A DNA stretch of 51,343 nucleotides. Source: an uncultured virus (IMG/VR IMGVR_UViG_3300011912_000001). Lineage: Duplodnaviria > Heunggongvirae > Uroviricota > Caudoviricetes. A model generated the notes under the pieces. The model saw nothing but the letters and a program-made list of their open reading frames with translations, searched no databases and was not told the origin of the DNA. Every line of letters starts with the position of its first letter. Position 1 is the stretch's first letter. A program made the position numbers and the translations under genes. Below are positions 19,302 through 30,307 of this stretch, piece after piece. The stretch lies in IMG/VR virus record IMGVR_UViG_3300011912_000001. The stretch is one strand, 5' to 3'.

Positions 19302-22300
19302 TTAGACTTCAAATAGATGTTTGTTGACACGTTTCGGAATCGTGAGCTTATCGAGGATAAGGCTTCGGTCATCCCGTTGCGGGTTGTACTTGAAGTTGCA
19401 TTCGACTTTGACAAGCATGTCTTTTTTGATGATGCCGCGCACGTCCGCATACGTCATCGGGAAGCAGACCATGTCTCGTTGTCCTTCCAAGAAATCGATT
19501 TTGATGAAGGCCATCGGGTCGCCTTTCTTGGTCAAGATTTCACGGACATCGGCGACAATACCACTAGAGAGAATCTTTTCACTATCAGGTACATTGTCCC
19601 AATCAACGGGAACGCCGATACCATCCAGTGGATGACCGCTCAAGTAGACACTGAGATAATGCTTTTCGGTTTCGAGTTTGGTCTTGTTGTTGAAGTGGTC
19701 GATTTCCGATGTTAAATCTTCATCGTAACCACGGAGCAGGTATGTCTGCTGTAGGATTTCATAGCGATTGAAGTGGTCCGATACCATCGTATCCAGTGCG
19801 CCTGATAAGGCAAGGGCTTTGATGGCGGCTTTGTTCAAGCCTTTCTTCGGTACACGTGCGGTCATGTCCTCTAAATCAAGGAATGGGCGCGCTTCCAGCA
19901 CATTTTGGATGGCGACGGCACCAAATCCTTTAATGGCTTCGAGACCAAAACGAATGTCATTACCTTCAATCGTAAAGCCTAGTTTCGAATTGTTGACGTC
20001 CGGCGGTAGAATCTTAATACCGTACGTCTTCGCATCTTGGATATACGCGGTGACCTTTGCTTCATCATCACTGAAGACACTCAAGAGAGCGGTAAAGAAT
20101 TCAGCAGGATAATACGTCTTGAAGTAAGCGGTCTGATAAGTCAAAAGTGAATACGCCGCCGCATGACTTCGATTGACGATTGCACCGCCTCTTTCGAGGT
20201 ATTTTAACTCTGCTCAAAGCAGACGGACTAGACTATATAATCACCCTCTATTGAGGGGACAGGCGCTTCGATTTAAGGGGTTCTCTCCCACCATTCAAAT
20301 AGAATGGCCCTACTCCAGTTGCACTTTTTTGTGTGGGTGTGCCAGTTAAGGGATAGTCGTTGAACCTTCTTCCTCATGTGTAGGAAGCTTGGATGCGTTT
20401 AGTTGATTGCCCAATCTTCTTCGCTGTTACCATACCGGACGCATTGCCGCCCGCCACCGCCTTATTACTAAGACGGCTTGGTGGAAGAAGCTCTAAGGGT
20501 CGTCCCCGCAATTCACCTGTTATTTCGGTCTGCAAGTTGCCTTGCAGTAGGACCTTCGTATAAGTGAGAGAATTTCTCTTCTTTACGAGGCAATGAAACA
20601 GTGGAATCCGCATACATATACTGATGAAGTTTACGCATATTGTGTCCTCCGGCAATGCAAAGGTAAATCATCTGTTCACTTTTTGAAGCCTTAATCGTGG
20701 ATGTAATATCCAAGCTCTGAAGAAGCTCTTTCAATTCGTGAATAAATGGGATGTTACCGATGATTTGCGCATTGAGATATGCGTATTTCTGTTTGTTAGT
20801 GGAAGCAGTCGTATTTACAAGAAATACAGAACCGTCGGCGTCAAAGTATCCCCGAATGTAATGCGGCATTAAATGAGTAGGAATTTCAGGAATTCCATCA
20901 TCATTTGCTTTTCTGCCATACTTGCGAATATCTTGACACATTTTCTTACGACAAATGGTAAGCCGCGCTTGTTCTTTGCTTCCTTCATAACCACCTCTAG
21001 TTGTTGCAATGTTCCCTGTGTATTCTACAGTGTTTGCAAAACGTCGGATGTGGTCTTGGTCAATGGATGTAAGAATCACCGTCCACGGTGCTTTCTCTGA
21101 AATGTATCCATCTCCAAACATGAACCCTAACCAGTATGCTTTTTCTTGTGAATCAATTGTCTCAAAGAAATCCGTGTTCACTGTAATTGCCATGTTAAAT
21201 CCCTCCCTACTAAAAGTTTACTATGGAAGGGTTTCAATAGCAAGTGGTTTATACGTTTTGTAATCCATAACCCACAAAGGGCTTGATAAGCTCAATTAAC
21301 TTATCAGCAGTGGCTTCATCGTAGCCTTGCTCTAATGTTCTAGCATGCAATTCTGGTAAAACTTGGTCCATTACTTTCTGGGATTTTTTTCCTGTAGCTT
21401 TCCTGAGCGAGTCCTGCTGTCCTTCAGTATAGCCACCAAATACACCAGCAAGTTGCATCAATTGCTCTTGGTAAATCATGATACCGAACGTTTTCTTTAA
21501 GACAGGTTCAGCGTCAGGATGGAAGTAAGATACGTCTCGCATACCATTCGCCCGCGCCTGATATTCTGGAATTTCATCCATCGGCCCGGGACGATATAAC
21601 GATAATCCTGCAATCAATGATTCGAAGTTGACGGTATCTAAGCCCTTAAACACATTGGACATTCCACTGCTCTCGATTTGAAAAATTCCCAGTGTTTTTC
21701 CATTTCCGATGGTCGAGTACACGGCATCATCATCGGGTTCAAAGTTATCAGGGTCAAGGGCAACACCATGACGTTCTTTGACCAAGTCCCGGGCGATGGC
21801 GACGACGGACAAGTTCTTCAGTCCTAGTAAGTCAAACTTCAAGAATCCGAATTCTTCAAGGGTCGGTCCATCATACTGACTGACCATCTCCCCTTCCTTC
21901 CCACGCATAACAGGGACGGTGCTTCCAATGCTAGAAGGGGCAACCAAAATTCCACAAGCATGAACGGAAGACGAGCGGGGCATCCCTTCTACTTTCAGCG
22001 CCATCTCAAAGAGTTCAGGATATTGTTCTGCATACTCTTGGATGGTCGGGACTTCCTCTAAACATTTTGAAATCGCATACGGTTTACCAAAGACAACAGG
22101 TACATGCTTATTGATTTCGGTGATGATAGTATGGTCGATGTTCAGACCACGACCAATATCTTTAAGAACAGCTTTCGTTGATAAAGAGGTATAGGTTCCG
22201 ATTTGAGAAACCCGGTCATGTCCATATTTCTCAACCAAATAATCAATGATTTCATGACGACGAAGGTAATCGAAGTCACTATCAATATCAGGGAATCCGG

Positions 22301-23926
22301 GCCGCTCTGGATTTATAAAGCGACTGAATAGCAAGTCGTNNNNNNNNNNTCGTATTTAATCGGGTCTAAGTTCGTAATCCCTAAGACGTAAGAAACAAGA
22401 CTTCCGGCGGCGGAACCACGTCCCGCACCGACTAGAATGCCATTCTCCCGGGCATAGTTGATATAATCCCAAACAATGATGAAATAAGCAGAAATGTTTT
22501 TGTCTTTGATGACCTTTAGCTCATAATTGAGACGGTCGATGTACGTCTCCATGTCCAAGTCTTTTTCAAGACATTTGCGGAAGAGACCGTCAGAAGCCAG
22601 TTGACGCAAATAGGTATCAAAATCATAACCGGCTGGTACATCATAGACCGGGAATTTGATTTCCGTATTATCTAAAGCGACGTTACAACTGTTCGCCACC
22701 ACCATCGTGTTCAAGACCGCTTCATAGGGAATCCCTTTGCCAAGGATTTCTTCCGTGCTCATGAAATAACAGGAATCATAGACACTGATGTCTCCCGCGT
22801 CCTCACTTTTCCCGATAGTAGTCAGGGAAGCGTGAATCGCTTTTTCTTCTTTCTTGAGCATGTGGACGTCGGTCGTACAAATAAGTGGGATGTCCATTTC
22901 TTTTGAGAATTCCATTAAGCGTTTATTGACATAATGCTGTTCGGGTTGGTCGCTAGGTTGAACTTCCAGATAGAATTCATCGAGGACGTCCGCATAGAAC
23001 TTGATTAAGTTTTTAGCGACTTTATCATACCCTTTGAGTAGACATTGACTGATGTCACTTCCTAAACAAGCACTGGTTCCGATAAGACCGGTCCCGTGTT
23101 CTTTTAAGAGTTTATAATCAATCCGTGGTTTGCGGTAGAAGCCATCCAAGAAACCAGAAGCACAAAGAGCAAGTAAGTTCTTGTAACCTTCGGTGTTCTT
23201 CGCAATCAATAATAAATGATTCATTTGCGGACGCCACTGGAAGAGGTTGTAGACATTCTTCTTCTCACGTACACAAAAACGCATGTTGTTACGAGTAGAA
23301 GCAGATTTACGAGCCGTGATTTCTTTTTTGAGCTTGGTAACAGGGAGTGGGGGTTCTTCAAGTTTCTCCCGTTCGGTTTTGATTTGATTCGCAAAGAAGA
23401 CATCGACTTGTGTCATCATCAATTTTGCTAACTTCTTATCTCCGATTTCAAGAAGACTCGTCAGGTTCTGGTCGAGCATCTCTTGCTTCGGGACATAGAA
23501 CAGACGCGGTTTGCCTTCTTCATCGAGTTCATAAGAAACTTTTTCAAAGTCTGCCTTTTTCCATGTGTGATGGGGCGTGATATACGCTTCCATCCCTAGA
23601 ATCGGTTTGATTCCAGCATCGATGGCGGCATGATAGAATTTAAAATGACTTGCCATGGTGCCGTGTTCACTGACACCGACAGCGGGCATGCCATACTCTT
23701 TGGCTAACGGCATCAAGTCATCAATGCGGGCGAACCCGTCAAGAAGACTGCCGTCAGGCGTATGCAAATGTAAATGAATTTGTTTTAAATCCTGTGAAAA
23801 ATCAGATAAACCTTTTTCTTGAATCAATTGTCGAAAATGGTCGCGGTTTTCTTCTAGAATCCGTTTCCCTTTTTCGATGTAGTCGGTTTCAGGCGCTTGG
23901 GCCCCAAAGGATAAATCCTGTACCAA
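19302..23926 (-). CDS. dnaE: DNA polymerase III alpha subunit; exons ~23926-21263 and 20176-19302 (~1170 aa spliced; start approximate)
   Basis: PHP (HLHLHT, GMEAY, TTDVH), [27 protein letters not shown]; spliced junction gives [15 protein letters not shown]-terminal OB fold. Removing the 10 N plus duplicated TCGT at 22340 restores the frame. Confidence 0.95.
20177..21262 (-). mobile_element. Group I intron in dnaE
   Basis: 5' exon ends in U (GGA T), intron ends in G; core AATTGCGGGGA, TTCAACGACTA, ATATAGTCTAG; P3 ACAGGTG/CGCCTGT; splicing rebuilds a TTC Phe codon. Confidence 0.92.
20513..21193 (-). CDS. Intron-encoded two-motif LAGLIDADG homing endonuclease
   Basis: [12 protein letters not shown] and [12 protein letters not shown]; own RBS GGGAGG; internal promoter TTGCTA-17-TAAACT (21243-21215). 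Confidence 0.9.
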   Translation of the reverse strand: MAITVNTDFFETIDSQEKAYWLGFMFGDGYISEKAPWTVILTSIDQDHIRRFANTVEYTGNIATTRGGYEGSKEQARLTICRKKMCQDIRKYGRKANDDGIPEIPTHLMPHYIRGYFDADGSVFLVNTTASTNKQKYAYLNAQIIGNIPFIHELKELLQSLDITSTIKASKSEQMIYLCIAGGHNMRKLHQYMYADSTVSLPRKEEKFSHLYEGPTARQLADRNNR

Positions 23927-24186
23927 CGACAACACCACCTCATATATATTTGAGAAAACTTCCCATACGTTAAGTGTACCGTATAGAGAACATTTAATCA
24001 TCAAATAAAGAAAGCCAAGGAGCCCCCATCATTGAAAAGGCCCTTGGCTATTGAAAAATAAAAAGAAAAAACCCGACCGAAGTCGGGCTCCCGCTTTATC
24101 GCAACTACCACATTACGAAAAAGAAGCGTTCTCATGAAGAACTACATCCTTAGCGTAATCTGTTGTCAAAAGATTGTCAATATCGC

Positions 24187-24624
24187 TTACAGAGGAAAAA
24201 TTTCGTCTGCGAATGTCCGGTAATCGAATGGTTGATGTGGATGTTCAAACGACCGCTTCAGTTTCGTGTCATAGAGACTCCGACTGATAGCCATCGCATG
24301 TCCTTTGAAAGCGACGACCTTCCCTTGCAACACACCTTCATTCTGATGAAGTAATTCTTCATACAGAGTGGGTTCCATACAAACGTTGATAGTACCTAAA
24401 CCGTCATCAATGGTGATGTAGGCATCTTCAATCAGATGGAGTTCGCCGGCTTTTTCTTGGGGGTGAGCACACCGAAACTGGCTGAGATTCAAATGATGCG
24501 TGATGACTCCTCCCACGACGACAGGGATGTCATTAAACTCACCCTGTTTTTGTAATTCCTTTTCAAGCACGACACTGAACGTTACTTTGTCTTTGAGTTG
24601 TTGCGTTACGTTGATAGGTTCCAT
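24187..24624 (-). CDS. Stand-alone OB-fold protein resembling the DnaE C-terminal OB domain
   Basis: VVVGGVIT...AYITIDDGLGTINVCMEPTLYEE...GKVVAFKG; AAGGAGG RBS. Confidence 0.6.
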   Translation of the reverse strand: MEPINVTQQLKDKVTFSVVLEKELQKQGEFNDIPVVVGGVITHHLNLSQFRCAHPQEKAGELHLIEDAYITIDDGLGTINVCMEPTLYEELLHQNEGVLQGKVVAFKGHAMAISRSLYDTKLKRSFEHPHQPFDYRTFADEIFPL

Positions 24625-24703
24625 GGGACAAGCCCTCCTTGAATGATTTGAATGGAGTGTAACCATTAGAAAGAATTCTGACAATTGTTTTTTCAGATTC
24701 TTT

Positions 24704-25387
24704 TTAGGTATCCGCATTCAAGGAAGATTGGACAAGTCCATTTGCCGTTTCATTCTTCTCACGCGGTATCCATACAATCTCCACGTTTTCAAACTGAGAA
24801 ATCAAAAAGCGTGCTTCTTGCATGAGACGTGAGATGGTTTCGATACGTGTACGGTTGATGCCACGCATTTGATTATAGAGAATTTCAGAGTCCGTATAGA
24901 CGGTCATACGAATCCTGAAAATATCCATGTTCGTATGAATCAGCGTCCGCAAGCAAGAATTGAGTGCTTCGTATTCTGCCGCGTGACTACTGACAAGTTG
25001 GGTCGTAGGTGTTTCCGTCTCCTTGTATGTCCCATCAGGTTCATAATAAGGAGGTAAGCGGAAAACATCTTTTTGAATGATTTCGCCATTACTTTTGAGC
25101 ACGTACGCACTAGCGGCGGCTGGTGTGATGTTCGTGTCAGGGTGGCGAACGCCTCCGTCGATGTTACATTCCAAATATTTACGACCATGCAATCGGCGAA
25201 TTAATTCAAACTGCTCTTTGAAATCAGTGTCTTCTTCACAAAAAAGATTGGATAGTTCTAAAAATTCAGGATAACTTCGACTGAGACTTTCGCGCACCGG
25301 AAGGCGCTCGACGTCATGCGGAATCGTATAATACTCTTTCGCAAGCGCCAAGACGCAATCCTTGAGGAACGCTTTAGAAGTCTCCAT
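24704..25387 (-). CDS. RNase HI-like protein with N-terminal extension
   Basis: IDGG, AEYEAL, YTDSE, WIPREKNETAN (last acidic residue appears to be D to N). Confidence 0.85.
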   Translation of the reverse strand: METSKAFLKDCVLALAKEYYTIPHDVERLPVRESLSRSYPEFLELSNLFCEEDTDFKEQFELIRRLHGRKYLECNIDGGVRHPDTNITPAAASAYVLKSNGEIIQKDVFRLPPYYEPDGTYKETETPTTQLVSSHAAEYEALNSCLRTLIHTNMDIFRIRMTVYTDSEILYNQMRGINRTRIETISRLMQEARFLISQFENVEIVWIPREKNETANGLVQSSLNADT

Positions 25388-25392
25388 TCAGC

Positions 25393-26370
25393 TTACCAAG
25401 GTGCATCAGCAGATTCGACTTCTACAGCTCGTGTGCGCGGTTTACGTGATACTCGTTTCTTTGGTGCTGGAACCACAACTTTTGAAGGGAAGAACTGAGA
25501 AATCGCTGGGTTGTCAGGTGTCATCTGAAGAGCAGACATGAAATCTTCTTCCGTTGTCGAAAGCGTACGGAATGTCATGTTGTTGAGGTTATAGAAGATA
25601 GCGAAATGGTCGATGCCTTTCGTCAAATCTTGTGGTTTCGCAAGAATTTTGTTTGCAAAACCAAAGATGAGATTCGCCGCCGTCATGTTTGTGTGGATGT
25701 TTTGAGGAGCGGACTCCGCATTTTCCGCACATGACATTTCCGTTGGCAATTTATCTGAACCGTCCAACATCGACGGGAACATGTCAATGATTGATGGTGT
25801 CGACGGCGTCACCGGCGCACCAAAACGTTCGTTTCCAAACGTCGTCTCAAGATTTTGATTACGTACCATTTGAAGCGACAATACCACTTGTCCAGTCATT
25901 TCTTCGTTTCCGCTGGAAATAAAATATGACTTCGTATACGAGCGGTGTGCTTCTTGAATGAAGGCACGTGTTTTGTTGTTGTCGACACAATCGATGAAAA
26001 CAGGGCATGCTGGGTTTTCGTCATCTTGATGGACTAGACCACGAAGCATGTCGACCTCGACGATATAATCTGTCACATAGTCAATNNNNNNNNNNGCCAT
26101 GACTTCTGCTTTGTTTTTGTTCATGTCACGGTCGACGAAGTTTTGACGAATCAAGTTCTTTTCTTCGACAATGTCACCGTCAATGATAGTGAGGTAATGC
26201 GGGGTTAACCCTTCAAGTCCACGGATACGGTTTTGAATCGCAATTTGACGAGCAAGTTGAGGAATCAAATATCCACCGGTACCACCGGCACCAACGACGA
26301 TGAAGTGTTTCGATTGTGCATACATACCTGATAATTGTAAGCGCGGGCTAAACAGATTTGATAAGTCCAT
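25393..26370 (-). CDS. ThiF/E1-like Ubl-activating enzyme (PRTRC ThiF type; spans N gap)
   Basis: VVGAGGTG, DGDIVEEKNLIRQ, NKAEV, DCVDN, candidate catalytic Cys in SCAE. Confidence 0.9.
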   Translation of the reverse strand: MDLSNLFSPRLQLSGMYAQSKHFIVVGAGGTGGYLIPQLARQIAIQNRIRGLEGLTPHYLTIIDGDIVEEKNLIRQNFVDRDMNKNKAEVMXXXXIDYVTDYIVEVDMLRGLVHQDDENPACPVFIDCVDNNKTRAFIQEAHRSYTKSYFISSGNEEMTGQVVLSLQMVRNQNLETTFGNERFGAPVTPSTPSIIDMFPSMLDGSDKLPTEMSCAENAESAPQNIHTNMTAANLIFGFANKILAKPQDLTKGIDHFAIFYNLNNMTFRTLSTTEEDFMSALQMTPDNPAISQFFPSKVVVPAPKKRVSRKPRTRAVEVESADAPW

Positions 26371-26424
26371 AGTAAATAGTCTCCTTTGTGAATAAGAATA
26401 AAAGAGGGGTTTCCCCCTCTTGTG

Positions 26425-29055
26425 TTACATCAAACGGGATGGGTCTTTGTAGTAGGCACTGAGTTCCCACGGATATTGAGAAGCTGTCAATTCGTCAAAA
26501 ACGCTTTGAATAGCTTCCACAACGTCAGGTTTTTCTTCGGTTTCGTCTTGAAATCGAAGCTCCACCTCTGATTCGCCGGGACGAAAATCCAGTAAAGAAT
26601 CTTGAGTAGATGTTCCTGTTCCGTAGTAACCATAGTCTTCATCTTCTGGATAGTAAGATTGAGGATTACTTGCCGTGCCGACGGCCGAACCGACCTCCTT
26701 TAGATTTGCTTGCCCCTTTCCCAAGCGGTTCAATTCCTCCGCTTGCGCCGCACGTGCTTTTGCTAAACGTGCTTCTTCTTTTGTCCAGAGGTCAAGTCGT
26801 GTTGCATATTGTTCGCCTGTTTCCGCCGCGCGTTGAATCGGACGATAATTCGTATGCCCAAGAGCAGGACACGTACCCACACCGGGTTTACGCTCGACGT
26901 ACATTTTTCTTACAGGGTCCCAATCTTTCCCTGCATTAGACGACCAAGCAGTCGAAGCAGGAGCGGTGTATCGCTTTGAGTGTTGTTCCATCCAATCAGC
27001 AGGGTATTCGAGTTGCGCCCAAGGACCTTGGTAATCCAAGTATTCCTCTTCCTCTTCTGTCGTGCCTTGTCCGACGCTGATAGCTGTTTCGAGCAAGTCG
27101 AGGTCACCTTCTACCATGTAGTCTGTGACGATACGAGAAGACGTCTTCATGCGTGGAATGTCAAAGACGTATGACATTGGTACGATAACGCGTGTGTTAC
27201 CGACAACATAACGCATTGTGAATGCTGGTTGTTTGTCGAGAACACGTCCCCATACAGCATAGAACTGTGTCATGTTTTCATTGTCATTATCTGTACCAGA
27301 GAAGAACGCGTTCATCGTGTTCCTTTTTGTTACTTCGGAAATTTATCATGTTTTCTGGACATGAAAACTGTCGCATCTTGATAAATGATATTGTAGAATT
27401 TCTGAACATCGGCTTTGGCGCCGAATCGCCACATGTGGATACCATTCGAGAACGTCATATATCCTTTAATGTCAAACCATTCAGAGATAGGAAGAAGAAA
27501 CTCTTCTGTTCCTCTGAAGCAGACATAGGGACGTTTCTGAGTACCACTTGTGACAACCATCATGATTGAACCATCTCCGTCAAAATAACCACGGATAAAA
27601 TGATGTTTTAAGTGTTCAGGGATATGCTGAATCATCGAGTCCATGGTGATAGATTTACGTTCAGTCAAACCATACTTCATTAAGTCAGAAGTCAGTTTTT
27701 TACGAGTGAATGTAATTCGTACCATGTTGTCTCGTTTTAAGTGAATAATTGGTTGCTGGGCTTTCATGGCAACTTTCATTTTTTCTAGGATATCAATGTC
27801 AGTGTTTTTGATAGTGATACTCAAATACACGACTCCGCGTCCATTGTCTTGAAGACAACCGTCAGCGGCAATGAATCCTAAGAAATAAGCTTTTTCTTCT
27901 GTATCAATCGTTTCAAAGAAATTTTCATCAAAAGAATAGAAAGAACGTTTTTGATGATTGCCATACTTTTTAACGATTGAAGAAACAGCTTGTTCATATT
28001 CACCAAAATGTTGAGCAATCTTATACACGCTCATACCCGATTCATGCATTTTCACGATATCGTCTTTCAAGTGCTCCAGTTTAAGTGGCAAAATAATCAG
28101 CTCCTGTATATGCATTAGTTGAGTCCTAATATCATAATACAATGAGTAGTGTATTCTGTCAATTTCCGGGGGTAGTCATTTCTGCTACCCTCTCCCCGTT
28201 CAAAATCAAAGCATATAGGGGAGAGCAGACTATCGCATACTGACCCTAGACCTCCGCTCCAACGGTCTTGCTGTCTAGGTAGTCTCCTTCGCTTAGTCGT
28301 TCACGGTCATAAAGGGATAGATTCCCACCATTGAATTATTTCACAACGATTCAATGTCGTTCCGCCCTGTCTACCGGCTTTCGGCATTCCAAGTCAATCA
28401 GAAGGAGTTTTACAGCCACATTCATTTAATGGCTGTGGATTTCGAGCAAGAGAGATAAGTTCTCTCGCAACCATGGCACCATCTTATCCATGTGGAACTC
28501 AGAAAGTGCGGCAGAGTTTGTTTGTTTTGGGCAATACATGACAAGTTGTCCGTCGACAGTCAGACCTTTGACTGGAGTTCCGTCTTCATATGTCTGTGGA
28601 AGGGCAACATTGTTATGGTTCCAGAAGAATAAGTTCGACGCTTCCGTATGGTCACGACGTTCAACATCACGGTACCAGCTTAAGATTTGGATGAGGTATT
28701 TACCCGGGATTTTAGGAATTGTTAAATGAACACCGGCTTCAAGTGCACCGACGCCCGGTAACTTCGCTTCATACTTTTCGACTTCTTCGATGAAGAGACC
28801 GATAGGTTTTTTCGTGATTTTAAAGAGACCATTGCTTGCGGCAACGAATGTGACTTCCTTCTCCAAACGTGGGATAAGGTCTTCAATCGTTTTGCCGGCA
28901 AAGAGACGGTCTGTAACTTGTGCGGCAACCGCTTCTTCGATTTGAAGGCGAAGAGCTTTTTGTGCTTCTGTTTCAACAGGTTTCGTTGTTTTTGTTGCAG
29001 TTGTAGTTGTAGTAGTTGGAAGTCCGATAGCGGCTTTTGCTTTTTGTTTAGACAT
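26425..29055 (-). CDS. JAB/JAMM metallo-isopeptidase (PRTRC protein A-like); exons 29055-28429 and 27321-26425 (~507 aa)
   Basis: Splicing rebuilds EIHSH-NTMNAFF-S-GT-D (HxH-x7-S-x2-D); upstream Glu in HTEA; long acidic C-terminal extension. Confidence 0.9.
27322..28428 (-). mobile_element. Group I intron in the JAB gene
   Basis: Exon ACAGCCAU pairs with IGS GUGGCUGU with U.G at the splice site; P3 CTCCTTC/GAAGGAG; P7 GACTA/TAGTC; terminal G at 27322. Confidence 0.92.
27330..28091 (-). CDS. Intron-encoded LAGLIDADG homing endonuclease
   Basis: YFLGFIAADGCL and FIRGYFDGDGSI; TTG 28091 after AGGAG; internal promoter TTGACA-17-TATTAT (28162-28134). Confidence 0.9.
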   Translation of the reverse strand: MPLKLEHLKDDIVKMHESGMSVYKIAQHFGEYEQAVSSIVKKYGNHQKRSFYSFDENFFETIDTEEKAYFLGFIAADGCLQDNGRGVVYLSITIKNTDIDILEKMKVAMKAQQPIIHLKRDNMVRITFTRKKLTSDLMKYGLTERKSITMDSMIQHIPEHLKHHFIRGYFDGDGSIMMVVTSGTQKRPYVCFRGTEEFLLPISEWFDIKGYMTFSNGIHMWRFGAKADVQKFYNIIYQDATVFMSRKHDKFPK

Positions 29056-29089
29056 GGGTAAATTCCTCCTAAAGTGTGGTTTGTAAAAG

Positions 29090-29455
29090 TTACCAGAAAA
29101 ACGTGAACGCAACCAATGAAGATTCGTCCAACGTTTCTGGTACTTCGATTTTGACTTCTTTGATGGCATAAGGCATATCGTTATCATGGTCGATAAAAAT
29201 GCGTTGTAAGGCAACGATATCATGAATGGTTAACCCGTCAAATGAGATATAAGAGACGGAGACCGTCATCGATTCTTTCATATCTTCTAGCACTTTTCGT
29301 CGCATTTGATGATAAGCGACTAAAGCATTTGATGATAAAGAAACCGGTGGTTGGTATCTGGCATTATGGGCAAGGTCGCTCCAGTCTTTCTCATACTGGA
29401 ACGAATCCCGCCATTTCCGCAAAAAAGCAGTTTTTGCTTTTTGAAAGAGGGACAT
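29090..29455 (-). CDS. Hypothetical protein inside the Ubl operon
   Basis: 121 aa, GGGAGG RBS. Confidence 0.7.
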   Translation of the reverse strand: MSLFQKAKTAFLRKWRDSFQYEKDWSDLAHNARYQPPVSLSSNALVAYHQMRRKVLEDMKESMTVSVSYISFDGLTIHDIVALQRIFIDHDNDMPYAIKEVKIEVPETLDESSLVAFTFFW

Positions 29456-29476
29456 CAGAAAAACCCTCCCTATTTA

Positions 29477-30283
29477 TCAGTTCTCTTCAACAAAACGATT
29501 GAAGAAACTACCGACAGTTTTATCAACTGGAACTAACTGAGCTTCCGGGAACCGGGCGTCAGGATTCGCAAGCAATTCCGTATGCAAGTGATGGAACATT
29601 TGGTCCATGTGTTGAATGCGTTGGTTCTCACGAATCGATTCGTGTGGAGAAGCAAAACGACGGAAACGTCCGTCATCCAAGTCATTGTTAAATGCGGCGG
29701 CAAAGAATTGAGATTGTAAAGAAATCAATGCGGCAGGTGTTGGCATGACAGAATTCAAGTTACCAGACCAGCAAATGTTACCGCGACCGTACACGTTCGT
29801 AAATGGAGCACGGAACAAGGCATCATTTAAGCCTAAGACTTGGTGTTTAATCGCATGCACATAGACATGTCCACGAATTTTACGTGTGTCGTTGGATGTG
29901 ATTTCAGCGACGACGAACCATGCAAGAGCAGGACGTGGGATTTCCATTTGGGCGATACTACCACCATTTGTGAACGTGAAATTGTAATCATCGGCATCGC
30001 CATCATAGCGTCCCCGGTGTTCGTACTTAATTTCTTGACGGCCCGGAGGCGTCGTAATCATGTAGTACTCTTTGTTTCCTTTACGAGCAAACAATCGAGT
30101 TCCCCAGTCTCCCGGCAGGAGTGGAGTACGCATAGCAGTTTGCTGTTCAATGATTTGAGAAAGAGACTCGATAGTAATCGGTTTTTTATTACGAACAGCA
30201 CCGTTCACGATTTCAACGTAAGCGGCGCCGTTCTCAAGGGTAATGACAGCTTTATTGGTTTGAGCAGAAACTTGAGTGGACAT
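29477..30283 (-). CDS. Prokaryotic E2-like protein (Prok-E2 family D / PRTRC protein B-like)
   Basis: TPLLPG, PALAWF, LFRAPFTNVYGRGNICW (candidate catalytic Cys), FFAAAFNNDL. Confidence 0.8.
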   Translation of the reverse strand: MSTQVSAQTNKAVITLENGAAYVEIVNGAVRNKKPITIESLSQIIEQQTAMRTPLLPGDWGTRLFARKGNKEYYMITTPPGRQEIKYEHRGRYDGDADDYNFTFTNGGSIAQMEIPRPALAWFVVAEITSNDTRKIRGHVYVHAIKHQVLGLNDALFRAPFTNVYGRGNICWSGNLNSVMPTPAALISLQSQFFAAAFNNDLDDGRFRRFASPHESIRENQRIQHMDQMFHHLHTELLANPDARFPEAQLVPVDKTVGSFFNRFVEEN

Positions 30284-30307
30284 AGGTGAACCTCCTTGAG
30301 AATGAAA

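Noticed and set aside
22313..22360. Apparent frameshift or split in dnaE
   Set aside because: 10 N scaffold gap with TCGT duplicated on both sides; removing 14 nt restores LDPIKYDLLFSRF.
20513..28142. Inteins in DnaE and JAB
   Set aside because: The endonuclease ORFs are not fused to the host frames, have their own RBS and promoter, lack intein termini, and sit within group I RNA cores.
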